Below the pieces are notes generated by a model. That model searched no databases. It was given only the letters and a program-made list of their open reading frames with translations, and was not told where the DNA came from. A stretch of DNA of 64,000 bases, taken from the NCBI GenBank assembly GCA_964016885.1, contig OZ024757.1, forward strand, positions 14,880,001 to 14,944,000, written 5' to 3'. Origin of the DNA: Eledone cirrhosa (lineage: Eukaryota). Numbering within the stretch: position 1 is the first letter of the stretch; the number at the start of each line of letters is the position of its first letter. The translations under genes were made by a program, and so were the position numbers. Of this stretch, positions 11,501-25,546 are shown in pieces.

Positions 11501-11952
11501 GTATATATAGAGTAATGTAAATGTTATGTGAGATATTATGTGAGGTAAAGCCTTTACTGTGAAAATATAATAGTATATATAGAGTAATGTGAATGTTATG
11601 TGAGATATTATGTGAGGTAAAGCCTTTACTGTGAAAATACAATAGTATATATAGAGTAATGTAAATGTTATGTGAGATATGTGAGGTAAAGCCTTTACTG
11701 TGAAAATATAATAGTATATATAGAGTAATGTGAATGTTATGTGAGATATTATGTGAGGTAAAGCCTTTACTGTGAAAATACAATAGTATATATAGAGTAA
11801 TGTAAATGTTATGTGAGATATTATGTGAGGTAAAGCCTTTACTGTGAAAATATAATAGTATATATAGAGTAATGTAAATGTTATGTGAGATATCATGTGA
11901 GGTAAAGCCTTTACTGTGAAAATACAATAGTATATATAGAGTAATGTAAATG
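8540..11952. repeat. About 72-bp tandem array (tgtgaggtaaagcctttaccatgaaaatataatagtatatatagagtaatgtgaatgttatgtgagatatta), split by a Helitron at 9747-11354
   Basis: Direct inspection; 24-aa periodicity in the artefact ORFs (MVKALPHIISHITFTLLYIYYYIF). Confidence 0.93.
9747..11354 (+). mobile_element. Non-autonomous Helitron with an internal duplication and a 36-bp subrepeat
   Basis: 5' TC(tatatatataaa); 3' hairpin cccgagcaacgccggg then CTAG; inserted between A and T of the satellite unit (aatataa|tagtat) with no TSD. Confidence 0.85.
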
Positions 11953-12368
11953 CTGTGGCTAATGATATATAATTTAGCTTATTCAGTAATACTGTGGATT
12001 ACTGAAGGTAGTACCAATATATATACCTTATGATACAGCAGAGTGTATATAATGTATATACCTTATGATACAGCAGACTGTATATAGTAAATTTAACATG
12101 ACAAAGTTTCACATAAATGTGTTTATTGATTATCAACATGTGTTACTTGTTCGATGAATTATAAAGACTTTTATGTGAAATTTCGTCATATATATGTATC
12201 CACACTGTAAAGTGGTCATGTAGGTGTCACAACAAAACACACCCAGTCCACACTGAATAGTGGTCGTGTAGGTGTCACAACAAAAAGCACCCAGCCCACA
12301 CTGTAAAGTGGTCGTGTAGGTCTCACAACAAAAAGCACCCAACCCACACTGTAAAGTGGTCGTGTAGG

Positions 12369-14091
12369 TCATCATCATCATCATCACCGTTTTACGTCCG
12401 TTCTTCCACGCTAGCATGGGTTAGACGGGTTGTCCTGTTGTGTGCAGTGTCTGGTCGGCTGACCATGCCTTGCTCATACAGGAACTGATTTGGCTTGATT
12501 TCTACAGCTGGATGCCCTTCCTAACACCAACCTCATTTACAGTGAGTGCTGGGTGCTTTTTCGTGGCGCCTACACGTCCACTTTACAGCATGGGCTGGGT
12601 GCTTTTTTGCCGTGGCACCTCCACGACCACCTTGCGGTGGGGGGGGGGGGGCATATTGTCTATATGCTTCAGCTTCTACCCATGGGAGGTCGGGTACTCT
12701 GTATTACTGCGTGACGCCAGAAGTCACGGTCGTGTGTCATTGCCATTGAGAGGTGTAATTGGGTAAGGTCGGCTTTTATCACCTCATCCCAGGTCATCTT
12801 GGGTCTCCCCACTCCGCGGTTTCCATCAACTTCTAGTGCTCTGCACCTTTTTATGCAGCTGTCATCCTTCATACGCATCACATGTCCATACCAGCGCAAC
12901 CGCCTCTCCTGCACACAGCATTTGATTCCTCTTATGTTCAGTCTCTCTCTCAATTCATTTATGCTTTGTCGTTCACGTATATTACTGTTACACATCCATC
13001 GGAGCATGCAGGCTTCGTTTCCCTCTAATCTACGTAATTCTTCCACCTTCAGCACCCAGGTCTCACTACCATGCAACATTGCTGTTCGGATACACGCATC
13101 ATACAGTCTGCCTTTCATTCTGAGGGAGAAGCCTTTTGCAGCTAGCAGTGGTAGTAGTTCCCTAAACTTCTTCCATCCCGTTCTTACCCTAGTTATTGTA
13201 CTTTCTGAACACCGACCTCCGCTGCTAATTCGGTCACCTAGGTAGCAGAAGCTGTCTACTGTTTCTACAGAGCCCTCCCAGAGATTGGTGGTACTTGTTT
13301 CCTGTGGCTGTTTGCTGCTTGCTGTCTCAGCACAGCTGCTGCATGAGAAGCCTACATTCTTAATTAAGCTTCCTGAGATCCCGCTACATCTCTTGTGTAC
13401 CCATTGTTTGTATTTGGGGCAGAGAATGGAGTTCCTACCTACACCTTTCCTACATACTGAGCAAGGCCATTTCCCTGAGGGGATCTGGGTTCTGTTTTCT
13501 CGTCTACTTACAAGGACCTTAGTCTTTGTCATGTTGACTTTGAGACCCTTTCTTTCTAGTCCATGCTTCCAAGTTTGGAATTTATTCTCTAGTTCTACCA
13601 TAGATTCAGCTATGAGTGCGAGGTCATCAGCATACAGGAGTTCCCATGGGCATCCGGTCTTAAACTCCTCCGTTATTGCTTGCAGGACTATGATGAACAG
13701 GAGGGGGCTAAGAACAGAGCCCTGGTGGACCCCAACCTGTACGCTAAATTCCTCGCTATACTCATTGCTAATCCTAACTTTGCTGACTGCTCCCCTATAC
13801 ATGGCTTGTACCGCTTTCACAAGCCATTCATCTACTCCTAGTTTTCTAAGAGCCCACCAGATTACAGCACGTGGAACTCTGTCAAAGGCTTTCTCAAGGT
13901 CGACAAATGCCAAGTAGAGTGGCTTACTTTTAGCTAGGTACTTTTCCTGTAATTGCCTCACAAGGAAGAGGGCATCAGTGGTGCCTCTTCCTGGTACAAA
14001 CCCAAATTGCATCTCGTCTATTTTCACCCGGTCCCTAATCAACTGTGCTATAACTCTTTCTGTTACTTTCATGACCTGGTCTATCAACTTT
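12369..14091 (-). mobile_element. 5'-truncated RTE LINE (RT and PHD region), close relative of 54591-57650
   Basis: ORF 12669..14114 from KLIDQVM onward, YADD; (CAT)n tail at 12369. Confidence 0.93.
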
Positions 14092-14700
14092 AACAAAAAG
14101 CACCCAACCCACACTGTAAAGTGGTCGTGTAGGTCTCACAACAAAAAGCACCCAACCCACACTGTAAAGTGGTTGTGTAGGTATCACGACAAAAAGCACC
14201 CAACCCACACTGTAAAGTGGCCGTGTAGGTGTCACAACAAAAAGCACCCAGCCCACACTGTAAAGTGGTCGTGTAGGTCTCACAACAAAAAGCACCCAAC
14301 CCACAGTAAAGTGGTCGTGTAGGTCTCACAACAAAAAGCACCCAACCCACACTGTAAAGTGGTCGTGTAGGTGTGTGTCACAACAAAAAGCACCCAACCC
14401 ACACTGTAAAGTGGTCGTGTAGGTCTCACAACAAAAAAGCACCCAACCCACACTGTAAAGTGGTCGTGTAGGTGTGTGTCACAACAAAAAGCACCCAACC
14501 CACATTGTAAAGTGGTCGTGTAGGTGTCACAACAAAAAGCACCCAGCCCATGCTGTAAAGTGGTTGTGTAGGTCTCACAACTAAAAGCACCCAGCTCACA
14601 CTCTAAAGTGGTCGTGTAGGTCTCACAACAAAAAGCATCCAGCCCACACTGTAAAGTGGTCGTGTAGGTCTCACAACTAAAAGCACCTAGCCCATAGTGT
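14091..14700. repeat. 48-bp tandem array (also 12196-12368) derived from an RTE/SINE 3'UTR motif
   Basis: Unit acaaaaagcacccaacccacactgtaaagtggtcgtgtaggtctcaca. Confidence 0.9.
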
Positions 14701-14955
14701 GAATGTTGTTGGCATTAGAAAGGGCATCAAGCAAATAACAGTCCTATATGAGCAAGACATGGTCACCTGACCCAACTTGCCTCTAATGGGACAACCCCTC
14801 TAACTCATCTTTTATTTTCTAATCTAGCTCCATGTACTCAACTGACGAAGGACTAACCACTGATACCTTGAATTTCTTTTCTCTCTTTCATCCAAAGCTT
14901 GAACTTAGTAACACTAATTCTTTTGTACCTCAATGTTTGTCATTTTTAGTATATA

Positions 14956-15570
14956 CTAGCAGTGGTACCCGGCGTTGCACGGGATAAGGTATTGTGAAAT
15001 ATATAACCGCCCTAAGCTTAGTATAGCCACAACCACGGCTGGCAAAGAAGTAAGGGTCTGGTGGTACATAAGTAAGCAACACTGTGGCTTAAAATGTGAG
15101 GAAGAAGTTGTGTGCACTTACCAACTGTTTGGGGAATAAGTGTGAGATTTGTCTTGAGCAAGGGTGGCAGAATAACCGGAGGCAGCAGACAGCCAGACAT
15201 ACAGACAGATATTATAAGGGTGCGAATTGTAGGAAGTGACGTACCAACTGTTTGGGGAATGAGTGTGAGATTTGTCTTGAGCAAGGGTGGCAGAATAACC
15301 GGAGGCAGCAGACAGTCAGACCTACAGACAGATATTATAAGGGCGCGACGTTATATGTATGTATCTATCTAAAAAGAGAAAGACTAAGGATTGAGATCGC
15401 TAAATCGCTTAATGTGGTCCCTAGGGCATTGAAAATTTGAAATTTTTTTTGCTCAGAACACTCCCTGAAACATAAGTATTACATGTGTAAAGTTTGAAAA
15501 CAGTCAGTTGGGTGCTTCTCTAGTTTCTCACACACACACAGACAGACATCCTCAGTTTTATATATATAGA
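14956..15570 (-). mobile_element. Non-autonomous Helitron
   Basis: On the minus strand it starts TCtatatatataaaactgaggatgtctgtc and ends with hairpin cccgtgcaacgccggg plus CTAG. Confidence 0.8.
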
Positions 15571-15884
15571 TGACCATGGGATTTGCACATAGAATGTGCC
15601 CCCTCTGAGGCACAAGTCTGGGTAAGAGTGTTTATGGAAAACCAGCAGTCATTCATACCAGTCTCTTCTCTCCACACCACAGATGTAATGGCTGATACAG
15701 CTTGGCACCAGTGACATTGTAACTCATTTCTACAGCTGAGTAAACTGGAACAACATGAAATAAAGTGCCTTGTTCATGGACAATCATCTGGTCTGAGATT
15801 GAACTCCCAACCTCATGATTGCAAGGCCAATGCTCTAACCACTAAGCCATGTGCCTTCATATATATATATATATATATATATAG

Positions 15885-16826
15885 CGGCGATGAATTAGTT
15901 TTGCGAGGTTTTTTATATGAAATCGTGTGTCGAAACAGATATTGTTATATTTGGGGAGGGTCATATTTGCGTAATATTGCCAGAATTAATAACAGAACAC
16001 ACTCACTGTTTGGTTGGTTTTCGCTTCTCGCTGTCTTTTATATATATATATCTGCGATCTAACTTACTCGGTCCTCAATGTTGCCATTGACTGACCGGCG
16101 GTCAAAAATAATACAGATACAATATAGACACAAACACATATATATAGTTTACATAATTTACATAAATCTTTCGTTGCACATCTGCAACATCGTCAGTGGT
16201 GTTATATTCATTGTTCCTCCTGTTGTGTTGTATGTCTACGCCATTTTTTTTTTTGTTCAGTCTGTCTATATATTTATTTATTTATTTGCTTGTTTGTTTA
16301 TCTTATTTTATTTTGTCTTCTTTGCGCATGTGTTTGCGTGTGTGTATAGTGTTATGTGTGATGTGTGACTAGTGTGTATAGTGTTGTGTCTGCTGGGTGA
16401 CTAGTGTGTGTTTATGTGCTTGTGTATGTATTTATTTATCTTATTTTATTTTATTTTATTTTATTTTATTTTATTTAATTTTATTTACTTATTTATACTT
16501 CTCTTAGGTCAGTGTTGTTTGTTTGGGTGTTGTTGTTGTTCCACTCATTCTTTCTGTTTAGCTTTGGTCTTCTAATTTCTATTTCACTGGCCTCTCTGAT
16601 TTGCCTATCTGCTGGGTCATTCCTATGTTTAGATATTATTCTAATTTCTATGTTGTCTATGTTACCGTCATGTTGTTGTCTAGCATGTTCGTATAGTACT
16701 GACCCGTTTTTTCGTCCTTTTAGTTCCCCCCGGTGTTGGTCTATCCTTTCACCTATGCTACGAACAGTGAGTGTGTTCTGTTATTAATTCTGGCAATATT
16801 ACGCAAATATGACCCTCCCCAAATAT

Positions 16827-16832
<6 letters not shown>
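15885..16832 (-). mobile_element. Penelope-like element remnant (GIY-YIG C-terminus, 3' region, inverted terminal duplication)
   Basis: Minus strand 16760-16530 encodes RSIGERIDQH..SVLYEHARQQH..RQIREASEI..PKLNRKNEW, homologous to ORF 27232; 15938-16010 is an inverted copy of 16762-16832; flanked by (TA)n. Confidence 0.8.
16160..16198 (-). ncRNA. Minimal type-I hammerhead ribozyme motif (stem I eroded)
   Basis: Minus strand: ca CTGACGA t gttgca-gatg-tgcaac GAAA gatt TA^ tg. Confidence 0.6.
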
Positions 16833-16885
<53 letters not shown>

Positions 16886-17239
16886 CTTCATATCATGTCT
16901 TCCTGTTTTATCTGATAAAAACACAAATATTATTGCATGATGATATTTGTTTTTGAAATGCGCATAATAAAATACATGGAACTCTTTTAACCATCTTTTG
17001 TTCTTATATATATATATATATATGTACATATTCATTTTATTAAGGCTAAATAGTGAGATTGTTACTCTAGAGTTTTATTTGACTGCTTATCAAAGGGTCA
17101 TCTCCCTGTGATAAGCAGGTGAAACTCTTTATCACAGGGTCATCTCTCTGTGATAAGCAGACAAAACTCCAAAATGAATAATTAAACTCTTTGGTATAGA
17201 GTACTTTTTTCTCTCAGCTGCTAACTACTTACGGATATG

Positions 17240-17275
<36 letters not shown>

Positions 17276-18927
17276 GGTGGTTGTACTGGTACCATGTCAT
17301 AAAGCACCCAGTTCACCTTGAAAGGTGGTATTGCTGGTGCCAAGTACACACTCTAAGGTGGTTGGCATTAGGAAGAGCAGCCTTCCATAGAAAACCAAGC
17401 CCAAATCAGAGTGTGTCAGCAAGATGTGGTCACCGAACCTGTCTGGCTGCATAACGGGACAGCCCGTCTATACCCCTGCAAATATGGAAAATAGGTGTTT
17501 AACTGTGATTATGGTCATGATAATAATTTCTTTAGTGGGTCACTCAGGGACAACCTTTAAAAAAAAAATATATATATATAAATAGCATCATCATCATCAT
17601 TTAACATCTGCTTTCTTTACTAGCAAGGGTTGGACATAAACTAAGTTAGTACTGAAGCAGACTACTAACCTCCCTGACAGGAGTCTGTATCCTGCTTATG
17701 TATGATCATATTGAGTGCAGAAGAGAAGTTGTCATGTCTTTTGACACAAACTATATGGCCTTCCTAACCCTATGTTTGGAAAACTTTCTATGGCTGGATG
17801 CCTTCATCATCATCATCATCATCATTTTCCATGCTTGCAAGGGTGGGACGGTGCTTATTCAGCACAGCATCCTCTCCACTTGTCACGGTCCTTCGTCATC
17901 TTCACTGTGAGCTTCAGCGATCTGAGGTCTATTCTCACCACCTCCGCCCATGTTTTTCGTGGTCTACCTCTACCACGTCTTCCTTCAATATTTTATTTAC
18001 ACAAAGTAATTTACACCAGAGGAGGGGGGGGGGGGCTCACATTCCTTCACCTACAGTGAATACTTTACAATGCCAACTTACATTCATTCATAGAATATAG
18101 ACTGGATAATGCCAGGTGTCTATAATGTTTAACCCAGTGCTTATCTAATGGGAGGAATTTAGCTCCAAGAGGATGAGTCATAGTCAAGGGAAGAATCCAA
18201 ACTGGGAACGAATAGTGTACATTCTGTTTGTGTATATATATATATGCCAGAAACCATCCTATACGAGCGAGACATGGTCACCCGACCCAACTTGCCTCAA
18301 ATGCGACAACCCATGGTTGGTGTTAGGAAGGGCATCCAGCCATAGAAAACCTGCATGAAACAGTTCTGTACGAGCGAGACACAGTCACCCAACCAATCTT
18401 GTCTCAAGTGGGACAAACCCGTCCAACCCATGCTAGCATGGAAGATGGACGTTAAACAATGATGGTGCTGATGATATATAGTATAGGTATAAATCAAAGT
18501 TGTGGCAGAAGTAGGACAGAGATAACAATTGAATTATTTGAGGTAGTCACAAAACATCCAATGGTGCGAAAAGTTAAATATCTTGCTCAGCATTAACACG
18601 CAAAGTTGTATAAGTGTGAGTCCATGAATGTCCAGGTTTAGGTAGCCATAGTATATAACCTCCACAATGACAAATACGAATTGATAAAAAAAAAAATATA
18701 AAATGAAATATTAAAATACCCAACTATAGTATATATTGTATATATATCAAATGAAATACTAATATACCCAACTATAGTGTATATTGTATATATATAAAAT
18801 GAAATACTAATATATCCAAGTATAGTGTATATATATCAAGTGAAATACCAATATACCCAACTATAGTGTATATTGTATGTCAAAGGAAATACTAATATAT
18901 CCAACTCTAGTGTACATTGTGTATATA

Positions 18928-19435
18928 TCTTCTATATATATAAAAGCGAGGATGTGTGAGTGTCTGTGGACAACTTTGGACAGCTAAGGCTTTTACAATT
19001 CCCAACCGAATTTGACCAAATTTTCTGAGCACGTTGCACCTGTCTCTAAGATGGTCACATCACAAACATTTTTCAAATCGACCCACGTTGAGCAATAAAA
19101 AATCGATAGCAAAATTAATTTTTCTAAAGTGCATGATGTAAGGTAGAAATCAATCAAAACAAAATCCTTATGGGACTTTCCATTCAAACTGTTGGGACCT
19201 ACAACTTTTCAGCTGTAGCTTGCACATTTTTTTGTCACTTGCGACAAAATTGTAGGTGTTTGTTCTCTGCACTACAAGGCTCTTAAGTGAGCATCAATTT
19301 TCTTCTAAGTCACATGCCTTTGTCAGCAAACCCATAAAAACTAAATCCTTATGGGATTTTCCATTCAATTTACTTCCTAGCTGTATATTCTTAGCATAAT
19401 TTCAAACCCCGGGCAACGCCGGGTAAATCTGCTAG
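18928..19435 (+). mobile_element. Non-autonomous Helitron
   Basis: TC..tatatatataaaagcgaggatgtgtg start; cccgggcaacgccggg hairpin plus CTAG end. Confidence 0.8.
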
Positions 19436-19480
19436 TATATTTTTATATATCCAATGAAATAATATATCCTACTATAGACT

Positions 19481-19510
<30 letters not shown>

Positions 19511-19517
<7 letters not shown>

Positions 19518-19592
19518 ATACTTTGGGAGGGTCATGTTGCCAATAAGCAACAAGCCTTATTGGCAACATGACCCTCCCAAAGTATAACAATA
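19511..19592. repeat. Perfect inverted repeat (about 37-bp arms) of a Penelope-like terminus
   Basis: tattgttatactttgggagggtcatgttgccaataag and its reverse complement; the same sequence occurs at 26896-26931. Confidence 0.85.
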
Positions 19593-20812
19593 TCGGTTTC
19601 AACACACGATTTCAGATAAAGAATCTTGCTAAACAAATTCAGAAACGAAATATATTTATATATATATATATCTAATGAAATATTAATATATCCTACTATA
19701 GAGTACATTGTGTATATATAAAGGTGATCACAAATTAACAGTTCATTCAACTCTGCTGCTTCAGATTTAATCCAGTTTAGAACTATACAATGACAGAGGT
19801 TTGAAAAGCTGGCTTATGTTGATATGGTGCTCAGGTGAGTATGTACTGGTTGACAATTCAAAATAGGGTGGAATTGAGGAAACCTGGGACCACAAGTGGA
19901 GGAAGGTGACCAGGGGCCCTGAAAATCACCAGACTATACAGTTATTGAGGTTTGAAAAGTCTGTTCATATTGAGATGGTACTCAGGTGAAAAATAACTAG
20001 ATGGCAATTCAGAATAGGGTAGAATTGAGGGAATCTTGGATTACAGACAGAGGGCAGTGAATTGGGTTTCACAGAACCACGGGATTAATCTGGGATTGTG
20101 TGGGGGGAGAAATTTGACAGGTTTGAAAAACTGGCTTATGTTGATATGGTGCTCAGGTGAATATGCACTGATTGAAAAGGGTGGAAATTGAGGAAAGCTG
20201 GGACCACAAGAAGAGGAATGTGACCTGGGTTTCTGAAAATCACTGAAAAGGTTTGAAAAGTTTGATAAAGTTGATATGATGTTCAAATGAAAAGTAACTA
20301 GATGGCACTTTACAATAGGGTGGAACTGAGGATTACTAGTTCAACCCTTGGTCAGATTCAACTGAGCTGAACTATAATTAAAGCTGTTCCAGTAGCAACA
20401 GCACCTCCCCACTATCATTTATGATGAGCAGAGATTTGAGGCAGATTTGGCTGCTATTTCTAACACATTGACTGACCACTTTGAAGTTTGGCTGTTTCAT
20501 ATTTAGCCCCAGATCAGCCTTAATTGAGCAGCCATGACCAGAGACACTCCAGATATACCCCATTCCGCCATATTTAGAGAACTATCTCTCAGACACTATA
20601 CTATCCAATGGGCATTTCCTCTCAACTATGATGGGGAGTAGGTGGGTTGGGGTAGACTTAGCTGCTATTTTTAACATGTCAAGTGCTTATGTAGAGGCTT
20701 CTCTAGTTGGCTGGTTGACAACGGGAACCCCTAGGTGCCAACAGGGGCATAATCAATAAGGTAAGGTCTCATTCTGTGTGTGTGTGTGTGTGTATGTATA
20801 TATATATATATA

Positions 20813-21072
20813 TAAAGAAAAAAAGATGAAATCGAAAATGCAACTGGAGTCTTATTTTAAAAAAAAATATATTTATTTGGTTCCTTTACCGGTTTCGCAG
20901 TTCTTCTGCTTTTCAAAAGTAGAGTTGAGATGGAGGGTCTGTGGTTTTTCTCACATCTGTCTTAAAATAAGACTCCAGCTGCATTTTCGATTTCATCTTT
21001 TTTTCTTTATACTTTCACTCGTGTAGGACACCTCGGTTATTTTTCATTTTGTAAAAAAAACTTCACTTTCTA
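20813..21072 (-). mobile_element. Penelope-derived foldback relic with a decayed hammerhead
   Basis: About 46-bp inverted repeats 20813-20860 / 20962-21008; internal minus-strand ttgaaaa gcag-aagaa-ctgc GAAAC cg GTA aagg; (TA)n on both sides. Confidence 0.6.
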
Positions 21073-21819
21073 ATATATATATATATATATATATACAGAG
21101 AGAGAGAGATTTGAGGCAGATTTGGCTGCTATTTCTAACACATTGAATGACCATTTTGTGGTTTGTTTCAGTTTATAATGAGAGTTGTTCCCATTATTTA
21201 GCCCTTATGTTGCAAAATTATATTATGAGTTCAATTCCCGCTGAGGTTAACTTTGCCTTTCATCCTTACAGGGTCGATAAAATAAAGTACCAGTAATGCA
21301 CTTGGTATTTGTTGGCCTTGTGCCAAAAGTAGAAACAATTATTTAGCCCTGGATCAGCCTTATATGTATGTGTGTGTATATATATATATATACAATGTTT
21401 CCGATAAACATATGTATAACATGATACACATTCCTTTCCGCTCCACCGACTTCGCACTAACTGGCATGGAAGGCGACAACGGAAGGTCAAGGGTCCAAAA
21501 GTAGTAGTAGTGGTAGTAGTAGTAGTAGTTGTAAGGTGGTAGTTTACCCCCCCTCCCCCTCCCCCACCCAATTCCGATTAAACAGACGACTAATTACAAT
21601 AAATTCCAACCGTGACCGCTCCATCTGTATTTTCTAGCTATTCAATTTTCTTTTAATTAATCTACATATTAGAATTCCTTGGACCGGGCGGCGCGTTGTC
21701 CTTGTGTATATATATATATACACATATATATATATATACACACAAGTAATAAGACTGTGTTTTGGCATCTCTGTTCGTCTTGTCTATTCTTGCACTATAT
21801 ACACAGTATATATTCATTT

Positions 21820-22022
21820 TATTATAGAAATGATTTCTTTCTACAGGACTAGAACTATTCCATTCGTTAGAAATCATCAGGAAATTCCTGATGATTTCTA
21901 ACGAATGAAACAGTTCTAGTCCTGTAGAAGTCATTTCTATAATAGAAATCAATATACCTCTACTATACTAACGTATTGAATACCTTTTATGACAGTGGTC
22001 GCCTGCCGATTTGTGTCGGGAT
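21820..22022 (+). mobile_element. Foldback element with hammerhead-like core; relatives at 48801-48997 and 37108-37187
   Basis: About 125-nt palindrome centred on atcatcaggaaattcctgatgat, followed by a tail similar to that of the 48801 copy. Confidence 0.6.
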
Positions 22023-22024
22023 CC

Positions 22025-22040
22025 ACACACATATATATAT

Positions 22041-22131
<91 letters not shown>

Positions 22132-23067
22132 TATATATATATATATACACACACACATATATATATAGATATATAGATATACACACACACACATATATAG
22201 AGAGAGAGATATATATATACACACATATATATATATAGATATAAAATATTAAAAAAATAATGAATAAAACAATGAAACAGTTCCTTATATTAAACAAAAA
22301 AAAGTTCATTATTTAACGATCGTTTCTAGGATATATATGTGTTAGAATTGGCATGCATATTCAACAGATCTATGTACAAAATTATACAAAATTATACAAA
22401 CTATCAAGATTAAATATACATACCAAACACACATATATGCCGTCTTCAGAAATAATGAAATATATTTATTGATAATAACAACAATTCAAAATTTCAGGTC
22501 CGTTTGGGAACGGAGTTCAAATTGACCAATGAAAATACAAAAAATTTTATGCAGTTTGGTGTGTGAATATACATGTAATTAACTTCGTACACATATTTAT
22601 ACAAAGATATATGCTCACATGCATATGCATGCCAAAAAGATGTATGCAAATACAAAAATTCAAGGCTAATGTCTCTGTAGGTTTATAATCCACAGATAAA
22701 ATGCGTATAGACACATAAATATGAAATAAATGTATACACATATTCACATACTCACACATATCCGTACACTCACACACACACGCGCGTATATGCATAAACA
22801 TACACATAATTACGAACATACATACACACACACACCCCCACACACATATATATGTGGATATAGTATTATCATAAGCATATGGATATTAATGCACGCACAT
22901 AAACACTGCCACACACATTTAGATCAAGATACAGAAATTAGGTGGGAGGGGGGGAGAGGTCAGTATTCAACGGTTTCGGCAGACTGCTTATTTATAGATG
23001 TATCTATAAACTTAGAAATAAAAAGAAAAGAAAAGAAAAAGAAAAAAGAAAAAAGAAATATATCAAG

Positions 23068-23113
<46 letters not shown>

Positions 23114-23556
23114 TACACATACAACACACACACACACACATATATAAACATATATATATACACATATATACACACATACATATATACATATACACACATA
23201 TATACACATATATACACACACACATATACATATACACGCACATATACATACACATACATACTTATATACATACAGACATACACATACATACATATATATA
23301 TATACACACATATACATACAGACATACATACATACATACATACACATACATACACACACATACATACTCATACATAGACGTAGATATAAATTCACACACA
23401 CATACGCACTTACATATACGCATATATACAAATACATACGCATCCATATATCCGTATATAAATACAAACACCACTACACTCTCACACAACTCAGACATAC
23501 AAAGAAAAAGGTATATACATATACACATATACACATATAAATAGAGATACATATAC

Positions 23557-23613
<57 letters not shown>

Positions 23614-25457
23614 CACATATGTACACACACATACATATACATACATACACATATACACACATACATATATAGTCACACACACACACACACACCTATACAT
23701 ACATACACATACACATATATAAAGATATATATACACACATACACACACATACATATATAATAAATATATATACACACATACACACACATACATATATAAT
23801 AAATATATATATATATATATATATACATATATATATACATATACATACACATATACATACATACATATACACACATATATATACACACATACACACATAC
23901 ATACATACACACACACATACATACACACACATACATACTCATACATAGACATAGATATATATTCACACACACATACGCACTTACATATACGCATATATAC
24001 AAATACATACGCATCCATATATGCGTATATACATACAAACACCACTACACTCTCACACAACTCAGACATACAAAGAAAAGGTATATACATATACATATAT
24101 ACACACATAAATAGAGATACATATACACACATATATATATATATATATATACCCACACACACATACAACCATAAACACACATACAAACACATACATACAC
24201 ACATATATACATATATATACACACACACAAAAACACACATACACATATATATTTACATATATATATATACATATACACACTTTCACATATATATATATAC
24301 ACATAAGTTATATTATAATAATAAATAATATATATATATACACATACAAATATATATATACATAGACATACATATATATATATATACACACTTGGTAGAT
24401 TTATCTTGGTAGATTTATCTATATATATAGATATATATATATATACACACATATATATATATATAGATATATATATATATACACACACATATATATATAT
24501 ATATATATAAATATAATGATCCAAGGCGTTCTAACCGAAGCCATCTCGTCTTTTTATTCAGTGTAAAGTACATGTAGGACTAAACTACTTGCATCTTTAT
24601 AAGACGGTAGTAATGGCTCTGGTTTGAGGGGAGTCTGGCTGCTATCTCTAGCAGTGTCACATCACACAACACAGACAAAACATTAATATATCAATAGCCA
24701 TCATACGATGGTTTCAATGACAACCACTGTATATAAATATATATCAATACCATGTATATGTGTGTGTATATATTGTGTGTATATATTGTATTTATCCATG
24801 TTTATATATATGTGTGTATATATTGTATTTATCCATGTGTATATGTATATATGTATATATATATAATGTGTATATATGTGTATATATTGTATTTATCCAT
24901 GTTTATATGTATATATAATGTATATGGCTTAGTGGTTAGAGCTTATTGTATTTATCCATGTTTATATGTATATATAATGTGTATATATATTGTATTTATC
25001 CATGTTTATATGTATATAATGTGTATATATATTGTATTTATCCATGTTTATATGTATATAATGTGTATATATATTGTATTTATCCATGTTTATATGTATA
25101 TAATGTGTATATATATTGTATTTATCCATGTTTATATGTATATAATGTGTATATATATTGTATTTATCCATGTTTATATGTATCTATAATGTGTGTATAT
25201 ATTGTATTTATCCATGTTTATATGTATATAATGTGTATATATATTGTATTTATCCATGTTTATATGTATATAATGTGTATATATATTGTATTTATCCATG
25301 TTTATATGTATATTATGTGTATATATATTGTATTTATCCATGTTTATATGTATATATGAATGAATGCATGTATGTATAATGTGTATATATATATATGAAT
25401 GTATATATATATAATACGACTATATAAATAGCATACACAAGCGTGTATATTCGTGCA

Positions 25458-25493
<36 letters not shown>

Positions 25494-25502
25494 TGCACGA
25501 AT

Positions 25503-25546
<44 letters not shown>

